Positions 1 through 9,529 of a DNA stretch of 64,000 nucleotides are shown here, piece by piece. Each line of letters opens with the position of its first letter. The stretch's first letter is position 1. The stretch comes from Vicinamibacterales bacterium (GTDB lineage: Bacteria; Acidobacteriota; Vicinamibacteria; Vicinamibacterales; UBA8438), in the NCBI GenBank assembly GCA_036012905.1, contig DASCQF010000038.1:64504-128503 (forward strand). The letters are read 5' to 3'. A program made the translations under genes and the position numbers. The notes beneath the pieces were generated by a model, which saw only the letters and a list, made by a program, of their open reading frames with translations, ran no database searches and had not been told where the DNA came from.

Positions 1-1226
1 TCGAGCTCTACATCGCCACCCGGTATCTGCTCGCGCGACGCCGTCAGGCGTTCATCTCTCTCATCTCGCTGGTCTCGACGGGCGGGGTCGCCGTTGGCGT
101 CATGGCGCTCGTCATCGCGATGGCGTTGATGACCGGCATGCAGCAGGACATACGCGACAAGCTCATCGGCGCCCAAGCGCACGTCTATGTCTACAAGATC
201 ACGGGCGGTGGGTTCGACGACTATCGCGAAGAAGCGGATCGGCTGATGACCGTGCCGGGCGTGGTCGGCGCGGCGCCGTCGATCTCCGGCCGCGCGGTCG
301 CCACGACCTCCGGTATTGAAGCGTTCGTCTCGCTCAAGGGAATTGACATCGACCTCGAGGGCCAGGTCACCGACCTGGACGACTCTGTCCTTCACGGGAG
401 CCTGGCGGCGCTGCGCGAGGACCACGACGCGGTGCTCGGCGGTGTGGTCATCGGCGAGGATCTCGCACTGCAGCTTGGGGCGTTCGTGGGCGACACGGTG
501 AGAGTTCTGACACCGCAGGGCTCGACGCTCTCGCCGATGGGTATGGTCCCGCGGATGCGCCCGCTGAAGGTGGTCGGCATCTTCAGTCTCGGGCTCTACG
601 AATACGACAACGCCTACGGCTTCGTCACGTTGGATGTCGCCAGGCAGCTGTTCAGGAAAGACCGCGTGGACACGATGCAACTCCGCATAGCGGACCTCGA
701 CGACGCCCCCGCCGTGGCGCGCGCCGTGACCGATACGCTGGGCGCCGGGTATCTGGCGGAGGATTGGGGGCGGCTGAATCAGGCGCTGTTCTCAGCGCTG
801 TGGCTCGAAAAAATGGCGATTGGCATCACCATCGGACTCATCATGATGGTCGCGGCCCTCAATATAGTCGCGTCGCTGATTCTGCTCGTCATGGAGAAGA
901 GCCGGGACATCGCGATCCTCAAGACCATGGGGGCCACGAGTCGGAGCATCAGGCGAATCTTCGTCCTGCAGGGTGGCGTAATAGGGGTAGTCGGCACGCT
1001 GGTCGGCGCGGTGAGTGGACTGGTCGTCTCGTATGTGGCTGACCGGTATCAGCTGATTCAGATTCCGATGGACGTCTACAACATCGCCTGGGTTCCGTTT
1101 CGGATCGAGCCGCTCGACTTCCTGCTCGTGGTGACGACGGCCGTGCTCGTCTGTCTCGTGGCGACCATTTATCCGTCTCGTCAGGCGTCCCGTCTCGACC
1201 CGGCCGAGGCATTGAGATACGAATAG
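1..1226 (+). CDS. Lipoprotein-releasing system permease, LolC/LolE (FtsX-type) family; 5' end cut by window edge
   Basis: The frame of ORF 102..1226 stays open back to base 3 (ELYIATRYLLARRRQAFISL...). C-terminal FtsX-type TM bundle (ILKTMGATSRSIRRIFVLQG). lolD lies downstream. Confidence 0.85.
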   Translation, partial: ELYIATRYLLARRRQAFISLISLVSTGGVAVGVMALVIAMALMTGMQQDIRDKLIGAQAHVYVYKITGGGFDDYREEADRLMTVPGVVGAAPSISGRAVATTSGIEAFVSLKGIDIDLEGQVTDLDDSVLHGSLAALREDHDAVLGGVVIGEDLALQLGAFVGDTVRVLTPQGSTLSPMGMVPRMRPLKVVGIFSLGLYEYDNAYGFVTLDVARQLFRKDRVDTMQLRIADLDDAPAVARAVTDTLGAGYLAEDWGRLNQALFSALWLEKMAIGITIGLIMMVAALNIVASLILLVMEKSRDIAILKTMGATSRSIRRIFVLQGGVIGVVGTLVGAVSGLVVSYVADRYQLIQIPMDVYNIAWVPFRIEPLDFLLVVTTAVLVCLVATIYPSRQASRLDPAEALRYE

Positions 1227-1227
1227 G

Positions 1228-1398
1228 GCAGAAGTCAGAAGGCGGAAGTCAGAAGGCAGAACGAAACCCGAGGCTTCGCATCATCGTTTGAGTGCTCGAC
1301 TGATCGTGTCTGACTCGCGTGCCCGGCCCTGGAAGTGAGAAATGCCGCGTAGCATCCTGCTCACTCCTGACTTCTACCTTCTGACTTCTGACTTCTGC
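1228..1398. repeat. 171-bp palindromic composite (MITE-like) of the heptamer repeat family, between the lol permease and lolD
   Basis: The left end is GCAGAAGTCAGAAGGCGGAAGTCAGAAGGCAGA. The reverse complement of the right end is GCAGAAGTCAGAAGTCAGAAGGTAGAAGTCAGG. The first 14 nt are identical, after which the GAAGTCA heptamers fall out of register. Confidence 0.75.
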
Positions 1399-1427
1399 GT
1401 CGAGAATTCCTAGACCGCGTTTCCCTC

Positions 1428-2102
1428 ATGCCTTTCCTCGATGTGCGTGCGCTTTACAAGACCTACACCGTGGGCGACCGGCAGCTGCCCGTGTTGCGGG
1501 GGCTCGATCTGGCCGTCGAGAAGGGCGAAATGGTTGCCATCGTCGGGGCCTCGGGAGTGGGCAAGAGCACGCTGCTGCAGCTGGTCGGCGGACTCGACCG
1601 GACCGACGGCGGCACGATCCGGATCGGCGACACCGACATGACGCAGGCGGACGACGACGCCCGGGTCACGTTCCGCAACCGGCAGGTCGGGTTCGTCTTT
1701 CAATTTCATCATCTGTTGCCGGAGTTCACGGCAGTGGAGAATGTGGCGATGCCGCTACGAATTGCCCGGGTGACCCCGCAGGTAGCTCAGCCGCGAGCCG
1801 AGGCCCTGCTCGAGGAGGTCGGGCTCGGCGAACGGGTGTCACATCATCCCGGGATGCTGTCGGGCGGCGAGCAACAACGCGTCGCGGTTGCGCGCGCCCT
1901 GGTCATGAAGCCGGCGCTGTTGCTGGCCGATGAGCCGACCGGCGACCTCGACGAACAGACCGGTGAAGAACTACATGCTCTGGTGCGCCGGATGCACACA
2001 GCCCACGGATTGACGTCGCTCATCGCGACCCACAACATGCGGCTCGCCCGATCTTGTGACCGCCTGCTGCAGCTCGAGGACGGTCGTCTGCATCCGGGGT
2101 GA
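1428..2102 (+). CDS. lolD: Lipoprotein-releasing system ATP-binding protein LolD (ABC ATPase)
   Basis: Walker A GASGVGKST, ABC signature LSGGEQQRVAVARAL, Walker B LLLADEPTGDLD. Adjacent to the LolC/E-type permease. Confidence 0.85.
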   Translation: MPFLDVRALYKTYTVGDRQLPVLRGLDLAVEKGEMVAIVGASGVGKSTLLQLVGGLDRTDGGTIRIGDTDMTQADDDARVTFRNRQVGFVFQFHHLLPEFTAVENVAMPLRIARVTPQVAQPRAEALLEEVGLGERVSHHPGMLSGGEQQRVAVARALVMKPALLLADEPTGDLDEQTGEELHALVRRMHTAHGLTSLIATHNMRLARSCDRLLQLEDGRLHPG

Positions 2103-2189
2103 TGGCAGAGGCTGCGCAAGATTCCCGTAAACTATTGCGGTGTCAAGCACTTTCGGGACAGGTCCGGTCCTCTTGCCGGGAGCTTTGCC

Positions 2190-2195
2190 ATATAA
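2190..2195 (+). promoter_or_regulatory. Candidate -10 box (TATAAT) upstream of clpC
   Basis: A perfect TATAAT in an otherwise GC-rich spacer, 44 nt upstream of the clpC ATG. No good -35 box seen. Confidence 0.3.
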
Positions 2196-2238
2196 TGCGG
2201 ACAAGGCCACCTGGACGGCCGTGACCGCGGGGACACCG

Positions 2239-4683
2239 ATGTTCGAGCGTTACACAGAGCGGGCCCGTCGGGTGCTGTTCTTCGCCCGCTACGAGGCGAG
2301 TCAGCTCGGGAGCATCTCTATCGAGACCGAGCACCTGCTGCTTGGGCTGATACGGGAAGGCAAGGGGCTGACGAGCCGCATCTTTGCACGCTCGCACCTC
2401 TCGCTCGAGGGGATCCGCAAGGAGATCGAAGGGCGCACCGTTTTTCGGGAGAAAGTGTCGACGTCGGTGGAGATCCCGTTCAGCACCGAGACCAAACGCG
2501 TCCTGCAGTTCGCCGCCGAGGAGGCGGACCGGCTGCTGCACAACTACGTGGGGACCGAGCATCTGCTGCTCGGCATCCTTCGCGAGGAGCGCAGCGCGGC
2601 GGCGTCGCTCCTGTTCGAGAAAGGGATGCGTCTGAACACGGTTCGCGAAGATATCGTCCAGTTGCTGAACGAGAAGACGACACTCACGCGAGTGAAGGAA
2701 ACCCCCCTGCTGGCGGAATTCAGTCGCGATCTGACCGAGAGCGCGATGAAGAACCTGCTCGACCCGCTGGTCGGTCGGACGAGTGAGCTCGAACGGGTGC
2801 AGCAAGTGCTCTGTCGCCGCACGAAGAACAATGCGGTGCTGATCGGCGAGCCTGGCGTCGGCAAGACCGCCATCGTCGAGGGGCTCGCCCAACGCATTGT
2901 GTGTGGGGATGTGCCGCACTTTCTCGCCGACAAGCGGATTCTGGCGCTCGACATTTCGCTCATCGTCGCCGGCACCAAGTATCGCGGGCAGTTCGAGGAG
3001 CGGCTCAAGGCGATCATGAAGGAGGTGACGGAGAACCCGAACTTCATCATCTTCATCGATGAGTTGCACACGCTCGTGGGCGCCGGGTCCGCTGAGGGGT
3101 CCCTCGATGCGGCGAACATCTTGAAGCCGGCGCTGTCGCGAGGCGAGATTCGCTGTATCGGGGCGACCACCCCGGCCGAGTATCGGAAGTACATCGAGAA
3201 GGACCGGTCGCTCGAGCGCCGGTTTCAGTCCGTCAACGTTGCGCCCCCTGACGAGAGTGAGGCGCTGGAGGTGCTGCTCGGGGTGAAGGACCGCTATCAG
3301 AGTTTCCACCACGTCGAATACACGACGGAGGCGCTCGAGGCGGCGGTCTATCAATCCAGTCGCTACATCACCGAGCGGTTTTTGCCAGACAAGGCGATCG
3401 ACTTGATCGACGAAGCGGGCTCTCGGGCCAAGCTGCGAGAGGCGGGTTTGAGCGAGGAATTCGGTGACATCAACCGCAACATTCGAGTGGCCGTCGAGCA
3501 GATGGAGAGCGCCGCGGCGCAGAAGGACTTCGAGAAGGCACAGTTCTTCAAGGAGCAGGAGGTCATCTCGCGCGAGAAGCTCCAGTGTGTGCGTGAGAAG
3601 TTCGACGTCAAGGCCGGGTCGCGTCCCATCGAAGTCGGCAAACAGGACATCGACCAAGTGGTGTCCACCTGGACCGGCGTGCCGTTGACCTCGATCAACC
3701 AGGACGAAAGCGACAAGCTGCTCCGAATGGAGGCCGAGCTCCACCGGCGGGTGATCAGCCAGGATCCCGCGATCTCGGCGCTGGCGCGCGCCATCCGGCG
3801 GTCTCGCGCTGGGCTCAAATCGCCGGCCCGGCCCGTGGGTAGTTTCGTGTTTCTCGGCCCGACCGGAGTCGGGAAGACCGAGCTGGCGCGCGCCCTGGCG
3901 AACTTCCTGTTCGGTAGCGATGGTGCGCTGATCCGGTTCGACATGTCCGAGTATATGGAGAAGCACTCGGTGTCGAAGCTGATCGGGTCGCCACCCGGCT
4001 ACGTGGGTCATGAGGAAGGCGGCCAGCTGACCGAAAAGGTCAAGCGCAACCCGTACTCCGTCGTGTTGCTCGACGAGATCGAGAAGGCGCATCCCGACCT
4101 CTTCAATATCCTCCTGCAGGTGTTCGAAGACGGCCAGCTGACCGACGGGCTCGGAAATCGCGTCAATTTCAAGAACGCGATCATCATCATGACCTCGAAC
4201 ATCGGGGCCCGCTTCATTCAGAAGAAGGCCTCGTTCGGGTTCCAGCCGTCGGACATCAAGGAGGTCCAGCGCAGCGTGGCCGACATGGTCCTGGGCGAGG
4301 TCAAACGGACGTTCAATCCCGAGTTCGTGAATCGGGTCGATGAGATCATCGTGTTCGAGGCGCTCGTCGATGACGACCTGCGACGGATCACCGCGATGCT
4401 CGTCGACCAGTTGAACGCGCATCTCGTCGACCGAAAGCTCCATATCACCTTGACCGAGGACGTGATCGACTGGGTCATCGACCTGACGTGTAAAGACCGC
4501 TCCTATGGGGCGCGGCCCTTGCGCCGGGCGATTCAGCGGTACGTCGAAGACCCGCTCTCCGAAGAGCTGATTCGAGGGCGCCTACAGGGTGGCGCGATCG
4601 AGGTGTATCTCGACGGGGGTGAGCTGACCTATCGGGATGCCGAACGAACCTATACCGGCCGTCGGCTGGCGGCGAGCGTCTAA
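2239..4683 (+). CDS. clpC: ATP-dependent Clp protease ATP-binding subunit ClpC
   Basis: Clp N-domain repeats ([24 protein letters not shown]..., TEHLLLGI). Two AAA+ modules ([18 protein letters not shown]). UVR-like segment ([14 protein letters not shown]). Start placed at the internal ATG 2239, which gives the canonical N-terminus. Confidence 0.9.
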   Translation: MFERYTERARRVLFFARYEASQLGSISIETEHLLLGLIREGKGLTSRIFARSHLSLEGIRKEIEGRTVFREKVSTSVEIPFSTETKRVLQFAAEEADRLLHNYVGTEHLLLGILREERSAAASLLFEKGMRLNTVREDIVQLLNEKTTLTRVKETPLLAEFSRDLTESAMKNLLDPLVGRTSELERVQQVLCRRTKNNAVLIGEPGVGKTAIVEGLAQRIVCGDVPHFLADKRILALDISLIVAGTKYRGQFEERLKAIMKEVTENPNFIIFIDELHTLVGAGSAEGSLDAANILKPALSRGEIRCIGATTPAEYRKYIEKDRSLERRFQSVNVAPPDESEALEVLLGVKDRYQSFHHVEYTTEALEAAVYQSSRYITERFLPDKAIDLIDEAGSRAKLREAGLSEEFGDINRNIRVAVEQMESAAAQKDFEKAQFFKEQEVISREKLQCVREKFDVKAGSRPIEVGKQDIDQVVSTWTGVPLTSINQDESDKLLRMEAELHRRVISQDPAISALARAIRRSRAGLKSPARPVGSFVFLGPTGVGKTELARALANFLFGSDGALIRFDMSEYMEKHSVSKLIGSPPGYVGHEEGGQLTEKVKRNPYSVVLLDEIEKAHPDLFNILLQVFEDGQLTDGLGNRVNFKNAIIIMTSNIGARFIQKKASFGFQPSDIKEVQRSVADMVLGEVKRTFNPEFVNRVDEIIVFEALVDDDLRRITAMLVDQLNAHLVDRKLHITLTEDVIDWVIDLTCKDRSYGARPLRRAIQRYVEDPLSEELIRGRLQGGAIEVYLDGGELTYRDAERTYTGRRLAASV

Positions 4684-4748
4684 TATCGAAAGAGTGTGTG
4701 TGTCAGGCGTGCATGTGGGTTGGATCACATGCGCAGGCAGGAAGATCT

Positions 4749-7331
4749 ATGCGAACTGTACTGAATCGAGCACGGGTGTTGGCGGTCGTGGGGGTCGCCC
4801 TGGTGTGCGCCGGGACGGTTCCCGTTTCCGCCGGCGCCGGCACCGGCACCGGTGAGGCGGAGCCGCTGGTCATCGGCGGGCAAGCGCCGGCGCCGGCGCA
4901 GGCGCCCCTGCCGCCGCCTGACTCCCCTCCCTTGTTGAACCTCGTGTATCTGGAGTTTCCGAATCAGGGCAACGTGGCGGGTATCGAGTTGCAGACCTAT
5001 CTCTATTACATGGAGATCGACGACAACGCCACCTTGCCGTCGCAGGGGGTCTGGACGCCGTTCGACGAGGACCTGGAGCGAGTAATGCTCGAGGACTTCC
5101 AACGTTTGTGGGACACCGGTTTCCTCAACGACCTCACGATCGAGATCGTCGACGCTCCGTTCGCGAACGGTGTCGAGGGCAAGGATGTGCACTTCCTGCT
5201 GGACGAGCGCGAGCGCGTGCGGACCGTGACCTGGGAGGGGTCCGACGAATTCGACGTTTCCAATATCGAAGAGGCGATGGAGCTGTCCGGCATCGAGCTG
5301 CGTCTCGAATCCCAGATCAGCCCGAACCTCATTCGACGGACCGAGGGCATGCTCCGGCAGATGTTCGACGAGAAGGGCTTTCAGTTCGCCGAAATCAGTC
5401 ACACGATTACGCCCGTGCCCGGCGGTCCAAAGCTGGTTCAGCTCGCGTTCCAGATGGACGAAGGGCCCAAGGTGCAAATCGACGACATCGAGTTTGTCGG
5501 CAACGAGCACATGAGCGATCGATCGCTCAAACGGCAGATGAAAGACACGAAGGAGCGCTGGTGGCTCTCCTTCATCACGGGCCGTGGGACCTACAAGCCG
5601 TTCTCCTACGAGCAGGATGCCGAATTCGTGGTGGCCCATTACCTGGACAATGGCTACATCGACGCCACGGTGGGGCAGCCGGAGTTGGAATACCTGGACG
5701 TGTCGGAAGATGGCAAGTCGCGCCCCGTGCGCATTCGGATTCCCGTGACCGAGGGGGAACGGTATCGCGTCGGCACGGTGGACTTCGACGGCCAGGAGGT
5801 GGTGCGGCGCGAGGGGCTCGAGCAGATCTTTTCCGACCTGAAACCCGGGGAGTACTACTCGAACAGGACGGTGGTCGAGGCGTTGGGAGTCGCCCGGGAG
5901 GCCTATGGCGTCAACGGCTATTGGCAGATGACGGCGTACCCCGACCCCGTGCCGCGCACCGAGCCCCAACCCGAAGGGCGGCCGACGCATATCGACGGGG
6001 ACCCGGTCGTGGACGTCACGATCCGATTCGAGGAAGGGGAGCAGTTTGTCGTCAACCGCATCACCTTCATCGGCAACGACACGACGCACGACGAGGTGAT
6101 TCGCCGGGAGATCAACCTGGTCGAGCGTGGCGTGTTCAATACCGAAGCGCTCAGGTACAGCGTGCGCCGGCTCAACCAGCTCGGGTACTTCGAGCCGCTC
6201 GATGAGAACACCGCGATCCAGGTCGACCCGCGGCCGGGTGTCGAGAACGAGGTCGATCTGACACTCAACCTCGAAGAGGCGAATCTGAACCAGCTGTCGT
6301 TCGGCGCCGGTGCGTCGCAGTTCGACGGGTTCTTCTTGCAGCTGTCGTTCCAGACCACCAACTTCCTGGGGCGTGGCGAGTCGTTGACCCTGTCGCTCCA
6401 GAACGGCGAACGGATCAAGAACTACAACATCGGGTTCACCGAGCCGTTCCTGTTCGGCAAGCCGATTACGGGCGGGATCAATCTGTTTCGGCGCGACATC
6501 CGTTTCATCAACCAGTTCACCCAGAGCTCGATCGGGGTGTCGACGTCGTTGGGGTTCCGCGTGGGACAGTGGTCGCAGATGTTCATGGCCTATTCCTACG
6601 AAGAGACGCTGGTCAAGGAGCTCAATCCGCTTTTCCAGGACCCGAATTTTCTGCGCTTCAATCCCTTTCTCCAGGATGCCCTGGCGTTGGGGAGTGGCGG
6701 CCAGCGAACCGTCAGTAAGGTCACGCCGACCTTCCTGCTCAACACCGTTGACCACCCCATTTTTCCGATGAGCGGGAAGAAGTACACGGTCGGAATCGAG
6801 CTGGCGGGACTGGGCGGCAACACCAGGTTCTACAAGCCGATCGCCGAGGGCATCTGGTTCCTGCAGCACGCCCCGAGGCTGTCGCTCGGCCTCCGCGCCC
6901 GCGGCGAGTTTATCTCGCCATATGGCTCCTCGGCGTCGCTGCCGATCTTCTCGTTGCTCACCATGGGCGGCGACTTCAGTCTGCGCGGGTTCGATATTCG
7001 GAGTATCGGGCCGAGCGATCCGGCCACCGGCTTGGTCATCGGAGGAAACAAGAGCCTCCTGTTCAACGCCGAGTACTTGATCAAAATCGCCGACCCGGTT
7101 CGTCTGCTCTTCTTCTACGACGCAGGACAGGTGGCGGACTTCGGTCAGGGGTTCGCGACCGATCTGTTCCGGACGTCGACCGGCATCGAGTTTCGGTTCT
7201 TCATGCCGGTCATCAACGTGCCGGTCCGGCTGATCTACGCCTGGAACCCGCAGCGGGAAGGGATTCTCAACGATCGGTTCCAGCTGCAGGAGCCGACGGT
7301 GTTCAAATTCGCCATGGGGGCTTCGTTCTAG
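4749..7331 (+). CDS. bamA: Outer membrane protein assembly factor BamA (POTRA repeats plus Omp85 barrel)
   Basis: Signal peptide from ATG 4749 (MRTVLNRARVLAVVGVALVCAG). POTRA-like repeats (IDDIEFVGNEHMSDRSL, VNRITFIGNDTTHDEVIRREI). C-terminal barrel ending ...FKFAMGASF. bamA-skp synteny. Confidence 0.9.
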   Translation: MRTVLNRARVLAVVGVALVCAGTVPVSAGAGTGTGEAEPLVIGGQAPAPAQAPLPPPDSPPLLNLVYLEFPNQGNVAGIELQTYLYYMEIDDNATLPSQGVWTPFDEDLERVMLEDFQRLWDTGFLNDLTIEIVDAPFANGVEGKDVHFLLDERERVRTVTWEGSDEFDVSNIEEAMELSGIELRLESQISPNLIRRTEGMLRQMFDEKGFQFAEISHTITPVPGGPKLVQLAFQMDEGPKVQIDDIEFVGNEHMSDRSLKRQMKDTKERWWLSFITGRGTYKPFSYEQDAEFVVAHYLDNGYIDATVGQPELEYLDVSEDGKSRPVRIRIPVTEGERYRVGTVDFDGQEVVRREGLEQIFSDLKPGEYYSNRTVVEALGVAREAYGVNGYWQMTAYPDPVPRTEPQPEGRPTHIDGDPVVDVTIRFEEGEQFVVNRITFIGNDTTHDEVIRREINLVERGVFNTEALRYSVRRLNQLGYFEPLDENTAIQVDPRPGVENEVDLTLNLEEANLNQLSFGAGASQFDGFFLQLSFQTTNFLGRGESLTLSLQNGERIKNYNIGFTEPFLFGKPITGGINLFRRDIRFINQFTQSSIGVSTSLGFRVGQWSQMFMAYSYEETLVKELNPLFQDPNFLRFNPFLQDALALGSGGQRTVSKVTPTFLLNTVDHPIFPMSGKKYTVGIELAGLGGNTRFYKPIAEGIWFLQHAPRLSLGLRARGEFISPYGSSASLPIFSLLTMGGDFSLRGFDIRSIGPSDPATGLVIGGNKSLLFNAEYLIKIADPVRLLFFYDAGQVADFGQGFATDLFRTSTGIEFRFFMPVINVPVRLIYAWNPQREGILNDRFQLQEPTVFKFAMGASF

Positions 7332-7525
7332 CGACGCTGCGCCGCAGGCCGTCCTGAGGATGTTCGGCGCGGGCTGCCAGAGGCCTGCATGCCGCCCCTC
7401 GCGCGAGGCTCGGCGAAGCTGATAAGCTATCGCGAGGTGTGAGGGATGCCCTGACGTCGGGGACTCCCTCGGCCGATAGAATGTAGAGATACGACGAGAA
7501 TTGATTCAAACCAAGGATTGATCAG

Positions 7526-8182
7526 ATGAAATTGTTGAGTGTGGTCGCGGCGATGATGGTCGCGCTGGTGGCCCTGACTGCGCCGGCGCGCGTGGCAGCG
7601 GAGCCTCAGGCTCCGGCCCAGACCCCGGCTCCAGCCCAGGTCCCGGCTCCCGCCCAGGCGCCGCCACCCACGGCACAACCGCCCCAGACGGCGCCCGCCC
7701 CGGCGCGGCTGCCGTTCCCGTCTGGCGCCCAACAGGCCTACATCGACCTGCAGCGGGTGGCCAACGAGTCGAGCGAAGGCCAGGCGGCCAACCAGCAAGT
7801 GCAGGCGTTGAGCGAGGAGAGGATCAGGGCGATCGAGACCCGCAGTGTTGAGCTACGGGGGAGCCAGCAAAAGCTGCAGCAGAATGCCAACGTGATGAGC
7901 GCCGAGGCCCAGCTGCAGCTGCAGCGCGATATCGATCGGTTGAACATCGAGGTCCAGCGGCTGACACAGGATGCCGAGGCCGAGGTGGCCGAGTTGCAGC
8001 AGACACTGCAGATCGAGTTCCAGCAGAAGCTCGTGCCGGCGATCGACCGCGTTGCGGCGAGCCGGGGGCTGCAGTTCATCTTCAGCGTTGGCGATGGCGG
8101 TCTCATCTGGGCGAACCCGGCGCTCGATATTACCACGGACGTTGTCGAGGAGCTCAACAAGGCCGCCCAGCCGACACCATAA
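7526..8182 (+). CDS. skp: OmpH/Skp family periplasmic chaperone with Pro/Ala/Gln-rich N-terminal low-complexity segment
   Basis: Signal peptide, a coiled-coil region rich in Q/E/L, position directly after bamA, and a PAQ-type repeat (AQAPAQTPAPAQVPAPAQAPPP). Confidence 0.75.
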   Translation: MKLLSVVAAMMVALVALTAPARVAAEPQAPAQTPAPAQVPAPAQAPPPTAQPPQTAPAPARLPFPSGAQQAYIDLQRVANESSEGQAANQQVQALSEERIRAIETRSVELRGSQQKLQQNANVMSAEAQLQLQRDIDRLNIEVQRLTQDAEAEVAELQQTLQIEFQQKLVPAIDRVAASRGLQFIFSVGDGGLIWANPALDITTDVVEELNKAAQPTP

Positions 8183-8231
8183 GCAGAGGCCTCCGCCGAC
8201 GAGCCCCCCCGCGTAATGATCCCGCGATGGT

Positions 8232-9515
8232 GTGAGGCGGAGTTTCGCTAAACCTGTGTTCCTCGAAATCCCCAGACTGCTCGATCGGCTCTGCTATCGC
8301 TTTCCCTCCCTGCTCATTGACAGCGTGATCGAGCACGAGCCGGGTACCCGGCTCGTCGCCGTCAAGAACGTCACCGGCAACGAAGAGGTCCTCCAGGGGC
8401 ATTTTCCAGGCACCCCGGTGATTCCCGGGGTGCTGATGATCGAGGCGCTGGTGCAGGCGGCCAGCGTGCTGTTGCTCGATGAAGCTGAGCACGTCCAGCC
8501 GTCAGCCATGCGCACCGTGCTCCGCGGCGTCAATAATGCGCGGTTTCGACGTCTCGTGGTGCCTGGAGACCAGATACGTCTCGAGGTCACGATACGCCGG
8601 CGCCGCCGACGAGTCGCGGTGGCGGCGGCTGTGGCGCGGGTCGGCGACCATGTAGTCGCCGAGGCCGAGCTCCTGATCGGTCTAGCGCTCGATGAGGCCC
8701 TGATCGATCCGACTGCGAACGTGGCGCCGGGCGCCGAGATCGGCGCCGGCACGGTCATCGGACCCAACGTGGTGGTCGGCCCGTACGTGCGAATCGGTCG
8801 CGCCTGCAACATCGGCGCCTCGGCGGTCATCGACGGCTGGACCGAGATCGGCGACGAGACCCAAGTGTTTCCGTTCGCATCGATCGGGCTCATTCCGCAG
8901 GATCAAAAGTTCAAGGGGGAGCGGACCAGCCTCGTCATCGGCCGACGCAACATCTTCCGGGAGTTCGTGACGATCCACCGGGGCACCGAGGGGGGCGGTG
9001 GGGTCACCCGCATCGGTGACGACAACCTGTTCATGGCCTATGTCCATGTGGCGCACGATTGCGAGGTGGGGCACAGGACCATCTTCGGCAACGCCGCGAC
9101 GCTGAGCGGCCACGTGTCGGTTGAAGACCAGGCGAACATCGGCGCGTTTTCGGGTGTACATCAGTTTTGTCGCGTCGGTCGCCAGGCGTTCATCGGCGGC
9201 TATTCCGTGGTAACGCTCGACGCGTTGCCGTTTGTGCGGAGTGTGGGCAACCGCGCTCGGGTCTACGACCTCAATGTCGTTGGGCTGGAGCGGCAGGGGA
9301 TGCCGGAAGGGACCGTCGCGGAGCTCAAGCGGGCATTCCGGTATTTGTTGCAGTCCAAGCTGAACACCACGCAGGCGCTACACCAGATCGAGCAGGACGA
9401 CACCCTGCAGTGTGCCGAAGTCGTGTATCTGGTGGAGTTCATCCGGACATCTCGACGGGGTGTTAACCTCCGCCGTCCACCCAAGCGGCTCGAGGCAATG
9501 GTTGCCGACGAGTGA
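8232..9515 (+). CDS. Fusion protein: 3-hydroxyacyl-ACP dehydratase FabZ (N-terminal) and acyl-ACP:UDP-GlcNAc O-acyltransferase LpxA (C-terminal)
   Basis: FabZ hot-dog motifs: YRFPSLLIDSVIE, LQGHFPGTPVIPGVLMIEALVQ. They run in frame into LpxA hexapeptide repeats (IDPTANVAPGAEIGAGTVIGPNVVVGPYVRIG ... VHQFCRVGRQAFIGG) with no stop codon. GTG 8256 is an alternative start. Confidence 0.85.
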   Translation: MRRSFAKPVFLEIPRLLDRLCYRFPSLLIDSVIEHEPGTRLVAVKNVTGNEEVLQGHFPGTPVIPGVLMIEALVQAASVLLLDEAEHVQPSAMRTVLRGVNNARFRRLVVPGDQIRLEVTIRRRRRRVAVAAAVARVGDHVVAEAELLIGLALDEALIDPTANVAPGAEIGAGTVIGPNVVVGPYVRIGRACNIGASAVIDGWTEIGDETQVFPFASIGLIPQDQKFKGERTSLVIGRRNIFREFVTIHRGTEGGGGVTRIGDDNLFMAYVHVAHDCEVGHRTIFGNAATLSGHVSVEDQANIGAFSGVHQFCRVGRQAFIGGYSVVTLDALPFVRSVGNRARVYDLNVVGLERQGMPEGTVAELKRAFRYLLQSKLNTTQALHQIEQDDTLQCAEVVYLVEFIRTSRRGVNLRRPPKRLEAMVADE

Positions 9516-9529
9516 CGGACATGCTGAAC

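Noticed and set aside
2143-4443. A 766-aa ORF on the minus strand opposite clpC. Similar long antisense ORFs: 4725..6869 (opposite bamA), 9540..10661 and 10234..11448 (lpxI/oxidoreductase), 13813..14892, 15327..16652, 17398..18303, 26164..28347 (fabF/etfB), 29296..30915 (ETF-QO), 40399..41463 (alaS), 42455..43525 (pilT), 47248..48459 (dnaJ), 60448..61839 (carB).
   Set aside because: Each is antisense or out of frame to a gene with unmistakable conserved motifs. Their translations are Arg/Pro/Gly/Ala-rich with no recognisable domains, the usual shadow-ORF pattern in high-GC DNA where stop codons are rare.
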